Assembly: GCA_903835255.1 (NCBI GenBank) | Contig: CAILMI010000064.1 | Span: 1,233 to 65,232, forward strand | DNA from: an uncultured Verrucomicrobia subdivision 3 bacterium | Lineage (GTDB): Bacteria > Verrucomicrobiota > Verrucomicrobiia > Limisphaerales > UBA11358 | DNA length: 64,000 nt | Reading direction: 5' to 3' | Notes under the pieces: generated by a model | Databases searched by the model: none | Seen by the model: only the letters and a program-made list of their open reading frames with translations | Told to the model about the DNA's origin: nothing | Made by a program: the position numbers and the translations under genes | In this document: positions 1-9,652 of the stretch, one piece after another | Layout of the letters: every line of letters begins with the position of its first letter | Position numbering within the stretch: position 1 is the first letter of the stretch

Positions 1-280
1 GAGCCTCTGTTTCGGAATTTGGTTTGAAACGGGTCTCTGCTCCCAGACAGGCCCAGAGGATGGTCCGCCCGATTCCAGCTCGTTGCGATGGGCCTGCTGA
101 TTTTGGCGGTACGGTAGCTAGTGGGCAACGGTCGCCGGCCCTGAATCATCCCTCTTCCCTGCCGACTCAGGGTGGCTTAGGCCGAAAACACTTGTCCGGA
201 ACCCTGCAGTTGAATTGCAAATCCGGCTGGATTCAATACGGCAACGATCCATTTTTGGAACCACTCAATCCCACTGCATA

Positions 281-344
281 TAGCAGTTCTTGGCAACTTC
301 GGCAGGGGACTGCCCGCCCTACCCGCCGATATTCCAAAGTTAAG
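281..344 (+). repeat. Dispersed intergenic repeat, copy A (module 1 + right-arm-only palindrome + module 2)
   Basis: TAGCAGTTCTTGGCAACTT (281-299) matches 61539-61557 at 18/19. GCCCGCCCTACCCGCCGATATTCCAAAGTTAA (312-343) matches 61643-61674 at 30/32. The modules are 12 nt apart here, against 85 nt apart in copy C. Confidence 0.85.
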
Positions 345-677
345 TTGAACTGCAATAGCAGTAGGATTTCCCAGCGGTTGGATGATCCCATTGAAGGGGG
401 AAAAATAGCGCCGGGTTCGTTTTGTGAGCGGGTTTTCTTCAGAATCCGGCTCGGCTCTTGCCCCTTGGCGGTTCATTCTAACGACAGGGTTCCGGTGTAT
501 GTGGGTAGGAGTATTGGATCTGTCAGTTCCCCATTGAACCCAGTCCCTGTTCAACACTCGGCGCCAACTGCCACGGCGCGGAGACGAGCCCGACGCAACT
601 GTGCCAAAAAGCCCAAAAATCACTTGCCGAATTCCACAGCTGTGCCATTTTGGCGCTCTTGAAATGGGTGGGAAATC

Positions 678-1913
678 ATGGCGACAAGCAAATCCAGTTT
701 TTTAGATAAGGTGCTGGGCCGCATTGGGCGGCTGGACACGGAGGGGTTGCACACGGTTGTCCAGCGGCTGGCGCGCGAGCGCACTTTTCTTGAGACCCTG
801 TTTAACACGATTGAGGATGGCGTGCTGGTGGTGGATGAGCGGGGGCGGATCCTGTATTTCAATCAGGCGGTCACCCAGCTCATCGGGTTGCAGGCGGGGG
901 GTGAGGGGCGGCCGATTGGGGAGATTTTGCCAGAGGTGGACTGGAAAAAAATCGCCCGGGCCGGCCCGGCTCGGGGGGAGCACGTCACCCGGCTGGAATT
1001 TGAGGTGCAGTATCCGCGGCCGCGCCTTCTGCGGCTCTACGCTGCGCCGCTGGAAGGACAGGCTCCGGGCAATTCCGGCGTGGCGCTGATTTTGCATGAT
1101 GCGACCGAGGCGCGGCAGAAGACATTTGAAGCCATCGAAAGCGAGCGGGTTCAGGCGCTGACCCTGCTGGCGGCGAGTGTGGCGCATGAAATCGGCAATC
1201 CCCTCAATGCGCTGCATATCCATCTGCAGCTGATGGAGCGCGAGGTAAAAAAACTCAAGGGCGACGGCGGTCGGTCGGCGGGAGGAAAAGCCGTGTCCCG
1301 CCCCTCCGTGCCCTCCGCGGCGGAGACCGCATTGAAACTGGAGCAGTATTTGAATGTAGCCAAGGGGGAAATCCACCGGCTGGATTATATCCTTACCCAG
1401 TTTCTCGGCGCCCTCCGGCCCTCGGCCCTTCAGCTGAAGCTGGTTTCGCTCAATGACGTCGCGGAGAAAACCCTGGAATTGCTGCGGCCGGAAATTGAAA
1501 ATCGCGGGGTGGCGGTAAAGACTCGGCTGGCGCGCCATCTGACGGCCACGCTGGGGGACGCCACCCAGCTGCAGCAGGTGCTGGTGAACCTGGTGAAAAA
1601 TGCAGTGCAGGCGATGACGACCGGCGGGACGCTGACGGTGCAGACCGGAGAAAATCCCGACGGGGTGTGGGTGAGCGTTGCGGACACGGGCGGCGGCATA
1701 CCGCAGGAGCAGATCAACCGGATTTTCGAGCCCTTTTACACGACCAAGAAGAAAGGCAGCGGCCTTGGTCTGATGATTGTCCAGCGCATCGTTCGCGCGC
1801 ATAACGGCCGGATTGAATTAGACAGCCACGTCGGGCGCGGCACGACCTTCCGGATCTGGCTGCCGCTGCACGAGCGGAAACCGCGATTGCTCGAAGACAA
1901 AAGCCAGGAGTGA
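678..1913 (+). CDS. Sensor histidine kinase, soluble PAS-HisKA-HATPase_c (NtrB-like)
   Basis: 411-aa ORF. PAS-like segment LFNTIEDGVLVVDERGRILYFNQAV; H-box SVAHEIGNPLNAL; N-box LVNLVKNAVQA; G-boxes DTGGGIP and GSGLGLMIV. No hydrophobic TM segment. Ends 19 nt upstream of the regulator gene. Confidence 0.9.
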   Translation: MATSKSSFLDKVLGRIGRLDTEGLHTVVQRLARERTFLETLFNTIEDGVLVVDERGRILYFNQAVTQLIGLQAGGEGRPIGEILPEVDWKKIARAGPARGEHVTRLEFEVQYPRPRLLRLYAAPLEGQAPGNSGVALILHDATEARQKTFEAIESERVQALTLLAASVAHEIGNPLNALHIHLQLMEREVKKLKGDGGRSAGGKAVSRPSVPSAAETALKLEQYLNVAKGEIHRLDYILTQFLGALRPSALQLKLVSLNDVAEKTLELLRPEIENRGVAVKTRLARHLTATLGDATQLQQVLVNLVKNAVQAMTTGGTLTVQTGENPDGVWVSVADTGGGIPQEQINRIFEPFYTTKKKGSGLGLMIVQRIVRAHNGRIELDSHVGRGTTFRIWLPLHERKPRLLEDKSQE

Positions 1914-1932
1914 TCCACCCCCCGATGAACCT

Positions 1933-3306
1933 ATGACCGAGAAGCCGACCCTGTTGATTGTGGATGACGAGAAGCCGACCCGTGAAGGGCTGCGGGCCGC
2001 GCTCGAGGAGCGGTATGATGTTTATATCGCCGAGGATGCCAAGGCGGCGGGCGAACTGCTGGAGCGCGAATCTTTCGATGTGCTGCTCACGGATTTCCGC
2101 CTGCCGAACGAGGATGGATTGAACCTCATTGCCCGGGCCAAGTCGCTGTCGCGCCCGCCGGTCTGCCTGTTGATGACGGCCTACGGCTCGGAGGAACTGG
2201 CGGTGGATGCAATGAAACGCGGCGCGGATGATTACATCGCCAAGGGCCGGCTGCAGATCGACGAACTGGAGATGCGCATTGCGCGGGCGCTCCGCCGCCA
2301 GAACCTAGAGACAGAGAACGTCTCGCTCCGGCAGCAGCTCGATTCCCGGTTCGGCCTGGAGAACATCGTCGGGGAAGCGCCGGTGATGCGGGAGATTTTC
2401 GAGGTCGTCCAGCAGGTGGCTCCGACCCGGGCGACGGTGCTGCTGACGGGCGAGAGCGGCACGGGCAAGGAGATTGTCGCCAAGGCAATCCATCAACTAA
2501 GTCCGCGCGCCCGGCAGCCGATGGTCACGGTGCACTGCGCGGCCTTGTCGGCCACCTTGCTAGAAAGTGAATTGTTCGGCCACGAGAAGGGGGCTTTCAC
2601 CGGCGCGCATGAGCGCCGGGTGGGCCGGTTTGAGCAGGCGCAGGGCGGCACCCTGTTCCTGGACGAGATCGGCGAGATCGATGCGTCCATCCAGGTCAAA
2701 CTGCTGCGGTTTTTGGGCGAGCGCACGTTTGAGCGCGTGGGTTCCAACAAGACGTTGACGGCGGATGTGCGGCTCGTGGCCGCCACCAATAAAAATCTGG
2801 AGGCGCTGATCCGTGCGGGCACGTTCCGCGAAGACCTTTTTTTCCGGCTGCGCGTCGTGGAAATCAATCTTCCGCCGCTGCGCGAGCGGGCGGGGGACAT
2901 CCCATTGCTGGCGCTAAAATTCCTGCAGGAGTTCGCCCGAGAAAACGGGAAGCCAGTGGGCGAGTTCACCGCGGAGGCGCTCGAGGCCCTGATGCGTTTT
3001 TCCTGGCCGGGCAACGTGCGCGAACTTCGGACGGCGGTCGAGCACGCGGTGGTCCTGTGCCGGAGCGAGAAAATCACCGCGCGCGACCTGCCGCCCTCCG
3101 TGCGCGGCGGGCAGGCCGGATCCGGGCCCCGCCCGACCCTATTAAATGATTTGAATGACTTGACTCTGAAGGACGCCGAAAGACAATTGATGGAGCGCGC
3201 GCTGAAGGACACCGAGGGGAACCGGACCCGGGCCGCAAAAAAAATCGGCATGAGCCGCCGGACATTTCATCGGAAGCTTCACGCGTACCATCTCGAGGGT
3301 TTTTGA
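1933..3306 (+). CDS. Sigma-54-dependent Fis-family response regulator (NtrC-like)
   Basis: REC domain (LLIVDDE, FDVLLTDFRLP), AAA+ Walker A GESGTGKE, sigma-54 contact loop EKGAFTGA, Walker B TLFLDEIGE, C-terminal Fis-type HTH AAKKIGMSRRTFHRKL. Confidence 0.93.
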   Translation: MTEKPTLLIVDDEKPTREGLRAALEERYDVYIAEDAKAAGELLERESFDVLLTDFRLPNEDGLNLIARAKSLSRPPVCLLMTAYGSEELAVDAMKRGADDYIAKGRLQIDELEMRIARALRRQNLETENVSLRQQLDSRFGLENIVGEAPVMREIFEVVQQVAPTRATVLLTGESGTGKEIVAKAIHQLSPRARQPMVTVHCAALSATLLESELFGHEKGAFTGAHERRVGRFEQAQGGTLFLDEIGEIDASIQVKLLRFLGERTFERVGSNKTLTADVRLVAATNKNLEALIRAGTFREDLFFRLRVVEINLPPLRERAGDIPLLALKFLQEFARENGKPVGEFTAEALEALMRFSWPGNVRELRTAVEHAVVLCRSEKITARDLPPSVRGGQAGSGPRPTLLNDLNDLTLKDAERQLMERALKDTEGNRTRAAKKIGMSRRTFHRKLHAYHLEGF

Positions 3307-3309
3307 TTT

Positions 3310-5130
3310 ATGCCGCAATCGCCGTTCGTCCAACTGCTGATCCACAAACTGACGGGTGGTGCGGGCTCCCGCTACCAGCGTTATATCGCGCTCATGGCTG
3401 GCGTGCTGGCGCTGGCGATGCTCTATGACTTGCGGGCCTACCAGAATCTCGCCACGGTGGAAGCGATGGACTCCGCGCAGTTGGCGCGCAACCTCGCCGA
3501 GGGCAGGGGCTACACGACATTTTTTCTGCGCCCCTTCAGCCTTTATCTGATGCAACAAAAGGCCGCGGCCCATCCGCCGGATGCCCGCGCTGCGGGGCCT
3601 TCGGACCCGGCCCGGATCCAGGCGGGGCATCCCGACCTTTACAACCCCCCGGTCTATCCCCTGGCGCTGGCCGGGCTGATGAAGGTGCTGCCGTTTGATT
3701 ATGCGGTGAATCTTAAAAAGCCGTTCTGGAAGAATAAAGGGATGTTTTGGCGCTATCAGCCGGATTTCTTCATCGCTCTTTTTAATCAGGCGCTGTTGTT
3801 GCTGGTGGTGGGGCTGACTTTTTTTCTCGCCAAAAACCTGTTTGGTTCCGAGGTGGCGTGGATGGCGGCGCTGCTGGTCCTGGGCTGCGAGCTGCTCTGG
3901 CGCTTCAGCGTTTCAGGACTGTCCACCCTGCTGTTGCTGACGATCTTCCTGGGGCTGACGCTGGTGCTATTGAAAATGGAACGCGCCGCCCGGGAATCCC
4001 CGCCGCGGCCCCGCGGGCTATTGATGCTTGCGATTGCGCTGGGGGTGTTGACGGGGCTCGGCGCCCTGACGCAATACGCTTTTGGCTGGACGCTGATTCC
4101 GGTGCTGGTTTTTCTCTTTTTTTTCAGTGGGCCGGGTCGTTCCCGGCATGTGCTGGCCGCGCTGGCCGCATTTCTATTGGTCCTGACGCCTTGGATCCTC
4201 CGCAATGAGGTCGTCAGTGGCACGCCGTTGGGAGCGGCCGGATATGCCGTGGTGGAGGGGACGGGGGCCTTCCCCCAATTCCAACTCGAGCGGTCGGTGC
4301 ATCCGGAGCTAGGCCATGCCCTGAGGCTTAATCTGTATATGCAGAAATTCTTCGGCAACCTGCGCGGCATCCTGACCGGCGACCTGTTGAAGACGGCCGG
4401 CGGCTGGGTGTTTGCCCTGTTTTTTGTGGGCCTGTTCCTCAGGTTTCGCGGCACGAGCATCCGTCGTCTTCGGTATTTTCTGCTGATGTGCCTGGCCGTC
4501 TTCGTGGTCGTGCAAGCCTTAGGCCGCACGCAGCTGTCGGAGCTGTCCCCGGAGATCAACTCGGAGAACCTCCTGGTCCTGCTCGTGCCGCTCATGTTCA
4601 TTTTCGGGGTGAGTGTTTTTTTCACGCTGTTGGAAGGGCTGACTTTGCCGCTGGCGTTCATGCGTCCCCTGATCATTACCGGGTTTGCAGCGCTCGCCTG
4701 CCTGCCGCTGGTTTTCACCCTGCTCTTGCCCTCGAAATCCCCAGTGGTTTATCCGCCGTATTTTCCGCCAAAAATCCAGCAGTGCGCCGGCTGGATGCAG
4801 CCGGAAGAGTTGATGATGAGCGACGTCCCTTGGGCGGTCGCCTGGTATGGTCAGCGCCAGTGCCTGTGGTTGACGCTGGATGCCCAGGACGATTTCTTTG
4901 CCGTCAATGCCTTGAAACCGGTTCGGGCGCTGTACCTCACCCCGCTGACCATGGACGGCAAATTTGTGAGCGAGTGGATGAGAGCCTCTAAACGCAGCTG
5001 GGGCCAGTTCGTCCTCCAGACCCTGATCGACAAGCAGGTGCCAGACTTGTTTCCGCTGGCTAAGGCGCCTGAAGGATTTCTGCCGGATCAGCTGTTCCTC
5101 ACCGATCGTCAGCGCTGGGAGACGCAATGA
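3310..5130 (+). CDS. Polytopic membrane protein, putative GT-C-fold glycosyltransferase (ArnT/PMT_2-like)
   Basis: 606-aa ORF with many hydrophobic helices. The first-loop acidic motif EAMDSAQLARNLAEGRGY resembles the periplasmic-loop motif of GT39/GT83 enzymes. Its ATG lies 4 nt after the regulator stop, so it is operonic. Family assignment is from pattern only. Confidence 0.55.
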   Translation: MPQSPFVQLLIHKLTGGAGSRYQRYIALMAGVLALAMLYDLRAYQNLATVEAMDSAQLARNLAEGRGYTTFFLRPFSLYLMQQKAAAHPPDARAAGPSDPARIQAGHPDLYNPPVYPLALAGLMKVLPFDYAVNLKKPFWKNKGMFWRYQPDFFIALFNQALLLLVVGLTFFLAKNLFGSEVAWMAALLVLGCELLWRFSVSGLSTLLLLTIFLGLTLVLLKMERAARESPPRPRGLLMLAIALGVLTGLGALTQYAFGWTLIPVLVFLFFFSGPGRSRHVLAALAAFLLVLTPWILRNEVVSGTPLGAAGYAVVEGTGAFPQFQLERSVHPELGHALRLNLYMQKFFGNLRGILTGDLLKTAGGWVFALFFVGLFLRFRGTSIRRLRYFLLMCLAVFVVVQALGRTQLSELSPEINSENLLVLLVPLMFIFGVSVFFTLLEGLTLPLAFMRPLIITGFAALACLPLVFTLLLPSKSPVVYPPYFPPKIQQCAGWMQPEELMMSDVPWAVAWYGQRQCLWLTLDAQDDFFAVNALKPVRALYLTPLTMDGKFVSEWMRASKRSWGQFVLQTLIDKQVPDLFPLAKAPEGFLPDQLFLTDRQRWETQ

Positions 5131-5149
5131 GGGAGGGAGGGGGACCGCC

Positions 5150-6154
5150 TCACGCCGCCGCGCGGCGCAGCCGGTCCGCCACGCCCGACCATTCGGGTGA
5201 TTCGGGCGGCGCCTCGACGACGATCAGCGCCGCGCCTGCCGCATCGCAGCGGTGGAGCTCTCCGTAAAGCGCGCGCGCAAACGCCTCCGCATCGTGCGGG
5301 ATCACGCTCACTTTTTCCGCGGCAAAACCCGCGGGAATGTGGGTGTGCGCAATGACAAAGCAGGCGTCGGCGGACAGCCGCTGGCTGGCCAGTTGGGATT
5401 GCAGTTCCGCACCGCTCTTCCAATTCAAAACCAGCAATTTCCCTCGCGGAGAATAATGCTTTTTCAGCAGACCCGGACTGCGGAGCGTGGCCCCGCCCGG
5501 CTCGGACGCATTCCCCAAAGGCCCGCACACTGCGGCCAGCGATCCGGCATGGATCATGCCCGGCCGCAAAATGCGGGGCGGGCGCACACTTAAATCCAGC
5601 ACGGTGGATTCGATGCCCACCTGCGACTGGGCGCCATCCACGATGAGCGGAATTCTCCCTTCCAGCTGCCGGTGGACGTGCTCGGCATTGGTGGGCGACA
5701 GCTGATTAGACAAATTGGCGCTGGGCGCGGCCAGGGGAAAACCGCATTCGCGGATAACGGCCTGCATAAAGGGATGCCCGGGCCAGCGCACCCCCACCGT
5801 CATTCCGCCCGCTGTCACGTTGTCCGGAATCTCCGTCCCGCGCGGCAGCACGAGCGTCAGCGGTCCCGGCCAGAAGGCCTGGGCAAGCCGTCCCGCCAGG
5901 GCCGGCCAGCGTTTCACGCAGCGCGCGGCCATGTCGAGGCTGGAGACGTGGACGATGATGGGATTGGTTGCCGGCCGGCCTTTGATTTCGAAGATTTTGG
6001 CGACGGCGGAGTCATCGAACGCGTTGGCGGCGAGGCCGTAGACCGTTTCTGTGGGAAGCGCAACGACCTCGCCGGCGCGGAGCAATTCCACCGCGCGTTT
6101 CACGGCGGCGGCGAACAATGCCGGCGTGTGCGTGGGCAGCATTTCCGTCTTCAT
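5150..6154 (-). CDS. tsaC: L-threonylcarbamoyladenylate synthase (Sua5/TsaC type, long form)
   Basis: YrdC-domain motifs VVALPTETVYGLAANAF and KGRPATNPIIVHV, with a C-terminal Sua5-like extension. I moved the start to the internal ATG at 6154 (MKTEML...). The 59 upstream codons are P/R/S-rich and overlap the 3' end of the neighbouring permease gene. Confidence 0.85.
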   Translation of the reverse strand: MKTEMLPTHTPALFAAAVKRAVELLRAGEVVALPTETVYGLAANAFDDSAVAKIFEIKGRPATNPIIVHVSSLDMAARCVKRWPALAGRLAQAFWPGPLTLVLPRGTEIPDNVTAGGMTVGVRWPGHPFMQAVIRECGFPLAAPSANLSNQLSPTNAEHVHRQLEGRIPLIVDGAQSQVGIESTVLDLSVRPPRILRPGMIHAGSLAAVCGPLGNASEPGGATLRSPGLLKKHYSPRGKLLVLNWKSGAELQSQLASQRLSADACFVIAHTHIPAGFAAEKVSVIPHDAEAFARALYGELHRCDAAGAALIVVEAPPESPEWSGVADRLRRAAA

Positions 6155-6224
6155 CGGGCGGAAGGGGAAAGCACCGGACACTCCCGGGGTGAGGGGGTGT
6201 CGGTGATCCGCTGTTTTTCTAGCT

Positions 6225-7426
<1,202 letters not shown>

Positions 7427-7430
<4 letters not shown>

Positions 7431-8206
7431 GCGAGTTTCACCGCCTGCTGTTCTTCCCGCAGCCGCTGCAGTTCGGTTTCTGCAATCGACCGGGGTTCAA
7501 CAGCCTCGTCGGTGAGAATTTTTCCATCGCGCAGGACAATCCGCCGCTTAGTGAAGCGCGCCACATCAAGTTCGTGGGTGACCATGATGATGGTGATGCC
7601 CACGGCGTTGAGTTTCTGGAATACCCCCATGATTTCGATGCTGGTCTGGCTGTCGAGATTGCCGGTGGGCTCGTCGGCCAGCAAGAGGGCCGGCCGGTTC
7701 ACCAGCGCGCGCGCGATGGCCACGCGCTGCTGCTGGCCGCCGGATAACTGGCTGGGATGATGATCGGTGCGCGCCCCCAGGCCTACCAGTTCCAGCGCCT
7801 GCCGGGCCCGCTCCCGTTGCTCCTGCGCGGGGATGCGGCGGTGGTTGTAGAGCATGGGCATCTCGACGTTTTCCAGCGCGGACGTGCGCGCGAGCAGATT
7901 GAAGCCTTGAAAAATGAACCCGATCTTTTCATTGCGGATTTCGGCCAGGGCATCGCGGTTGAGCGTCGCGACGTCAATGCCATCCAGCCGGTAACTCCCG
8001 CCGGTCGGCCGGTCCAGGCAGCCGATGGTGTTCATCAGGGTGGATTTTCCCGAACCGCTCGCACCCATGACGGCCACAAATTCGCCGGGCAGGACCTGCA
8101 GCGAGACACCCCGCACGGCATGGACATCCACCTCGCCGGTGTGGTAGGTCTTGGTCAATTCGACCAGCTGGATGACGGGATTAGGCTGCACAGGAAGTTT
8201 CCGCAA
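7427..8206 (-). CDS. ABC transporter ATP-binding protein (MacB/LolD type)
   Basis: Walker A GASGSGKST, signature LSGGQQQR, Walker B LLLADEPTGNLD, H-loop MVTHE. Confidence 0.93.
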
Positions 8207-8212
8207 GTGGGG

Positions 8213-9508
8213 TCAGCGACCGCGCGGAAATCCGCCGCCGCCAAAGGGGTTGGCGGTAGTGGCCGCAGCCTGCGCGTTGTTTAAAATGGCGCCGGTCACC
8301 ACCAAGTCCCCCTCGTTCAATCCTTCCAGCACTTCGGTGGCGATGCCGTCCGTGATGCCGGTTTTGATTGGCACCGGATGCAGCGCGGGGGCTCCCCCCT
8401 TCGCATCCGCTTTCAAAATGTAAATAGTGTGGGCGCTAGGTGAGGCTCCCTCCTCTTGCCCGCCGCTGCGCCGGCCGTCTCTCCGAGGACGGTCGCCGCG
8501 CGACCGGTCGTCCGCGCCGTCCCGAGCACGTGCGGAGGCGGGGGCATTGGTCCCACTGTCGCCGGCATTTTCAGTCTTCGGCGGGCGGAAGCGCAGGGCG
8601 CCGTTGGGGATTTTAAGCGCGTCGTTGCGCTGGGCGATGATGACGGAGACATTCGCTGTCATGCCCGGCTTCAATTTGTAATCTGGGTTTTTCACCCCAA
8701 TCACGCAGTCGTAGGTGACGACGTTGTTCAGGGTCGTGGGCGAATTCCGCACCTGGGTCACCACGCCGCGAAAGGAGCGATAGGGATAGGCGTCCACCAG
8801 AAAGGTCACGTTCTGCTTTTCCTCCACCCCGCCCACGTCCGCCTCGGCCACATTGGAATCGATCTGCATCTTGGTCAGGTCATTGGCGATCTGGAAAATC
8901 GTCGGCGTGTTGAAACTGGAGGCGACCGTCTGGCCCAGTTCCACCGCGCGCGAGATCACCACGCCGTCCACGGGCGAAACGATTTTGCAGTAATTGAGAT
9001 TCACCAGCGCGTTGTTGAGCGAAGCCTGTTTGATTTTCACCGTCGCCTCCGCCTGATGCAGCGCCGCTAGGGCGATGTCGAAATCCGAACCCGAGATGAG
9101 TTTCTGGGAGAATAGTTCGCTGGCCCTTCGGTATTGCACCTGTTGCAGCTCCAGATTCGCCCGCGCGTTGGCCAGATCTGCGGTGACCTGCTCGACTGTG
9201 GCCTGGTAGGTGGACGGATCAATCTCCGCGAGAATTTCCCCCTGTTTGACCGACGAATTGAAATCGACGAAGAGCTTGCTGATGCGCCCGGAAACCTGGC
9301 TGCCGACGGTCACGTTCACCACCGGGTTCAACGTCCCCGTCGCAGTCACCGTCTGCGTCACCGTGCCCCGCGCCACCGCCACCGTCTGATATTGCGGGGC
9401 ATTCCCCTTGTCGCGCTTGAGGTGCCAGATTCCGGCGCCGAGGCTCCCCCCGGCAATCAACAGTATGATTCCCCATTTCACCCAACCGCCATTTTGTTTT
9501 GCCGCCAT
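8213..9508 (-). CDS. Efflux periplasmic adaptor subunit (HlyD/MacA family)
   Basis: N-terminal membrane anchor (WGIILLIAGGSLGAGIW), coiled-coil hairpin region and beta-barrel-type segments typical of HlyD adaptors. First gene of the adaptor-ATPase-permease triad. Confidence 0.88.
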   Translation of the reverse strand: MAAKQNGGWVKWGIILLIAGGSLGAGIWHLKRDKGNAPQYQTVAVARGTVTQTVTATGTLNPVVNVTVGSQVSGRISKLFVDFNSSVKQGEILAEIDPSTYQATVEQVTADLANARANLELQQVQYRRASELFSQKLISGSDFDIALAALHQAEATVKIKQASLNNALVNLNYCKIVSPVDGVVISRAVELGQTVASSFNTPTIFQIANDLTKMQIDSNVAEADVGGVEEKQNVTFLVDAYPYRSFRGVVTQVRNSPTTLNNVVTYDCVIGVKNPDYKLKPGMTANVSVIIAQRNDALKIPNGALRFRPPKTENAGDSGTNAPASARARDGADDRSRGDRPRRDGRRSGGQEEGASPSAHTIYILKADAKGGAPALHPVPIKTGITDGIATEVLEGLNEGDLVVTGAILNNAQAAATTANPFGGGGFPRGR

Positions 9509-9587
9509 AAATTATAATCCGCCGAAGTGTCCCCACAGAGACGCCTCCGCGCCCCACAAGTTACGAATATTTTCCCCCCTCGTCCAC

Positions 9588-9617
9588 GCACTTCCATGCA
9601 CTTTCATGTACTTTCAG
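9588..9617. repeat. Three tandem 10-bp units in the macA/trpD divergent spacer
   Basis: GCACTTCCAT GCACTTTCAT GTACTTTCAG, contiguous with a 10-bp period. Ends 35 nt upstream of the trpD GTG. Confidence 0.85.
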
Positions 9618-9652
9618 TTTGAGCCGGCCGCTTTTAACCCTAAAATCCCGGC

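Noticed and set aside
24-662. A 212-codon stop-free plus-strand frame, with a 148-codon antisense ORF at 177-623, in the first spacer.
   Set aside because: The translations are R/S/P/G-rich with no recognisable motif, helix or domain pattern. The region is built from intergenic repeat modules that recur in two other non-coding spacers. I treat it as non-coding.
678-3306. The idea that the kinase and sigma-54 regulator pair is the PrsK/PrsR system associated with PEP-CTERM/exosortase loci.
   Set aside because: The kinase is a 411-aa soluble PAS protein rather than a large multi-TM PrsK-type kinase. The pair lies ~26 kb from the exosortase genes, and no sigma-54 promoter was seen at the exosortase locus. 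It remains an untested possibility only.
6168-6206. A hairpin (CACCGGACAC ... GTGTCGGTG, 9 bp with one bulge) between the permease stop and the tsaC start, considered as a terminator.
   Set aside because: On the transcribed (minus) strand it is followed by a C/T-mixed tract (CTTTCCCCTTCC) rather than a U-run, and it lies only ~15 nt from the tsaC start. The evidence is not strong enough to call.
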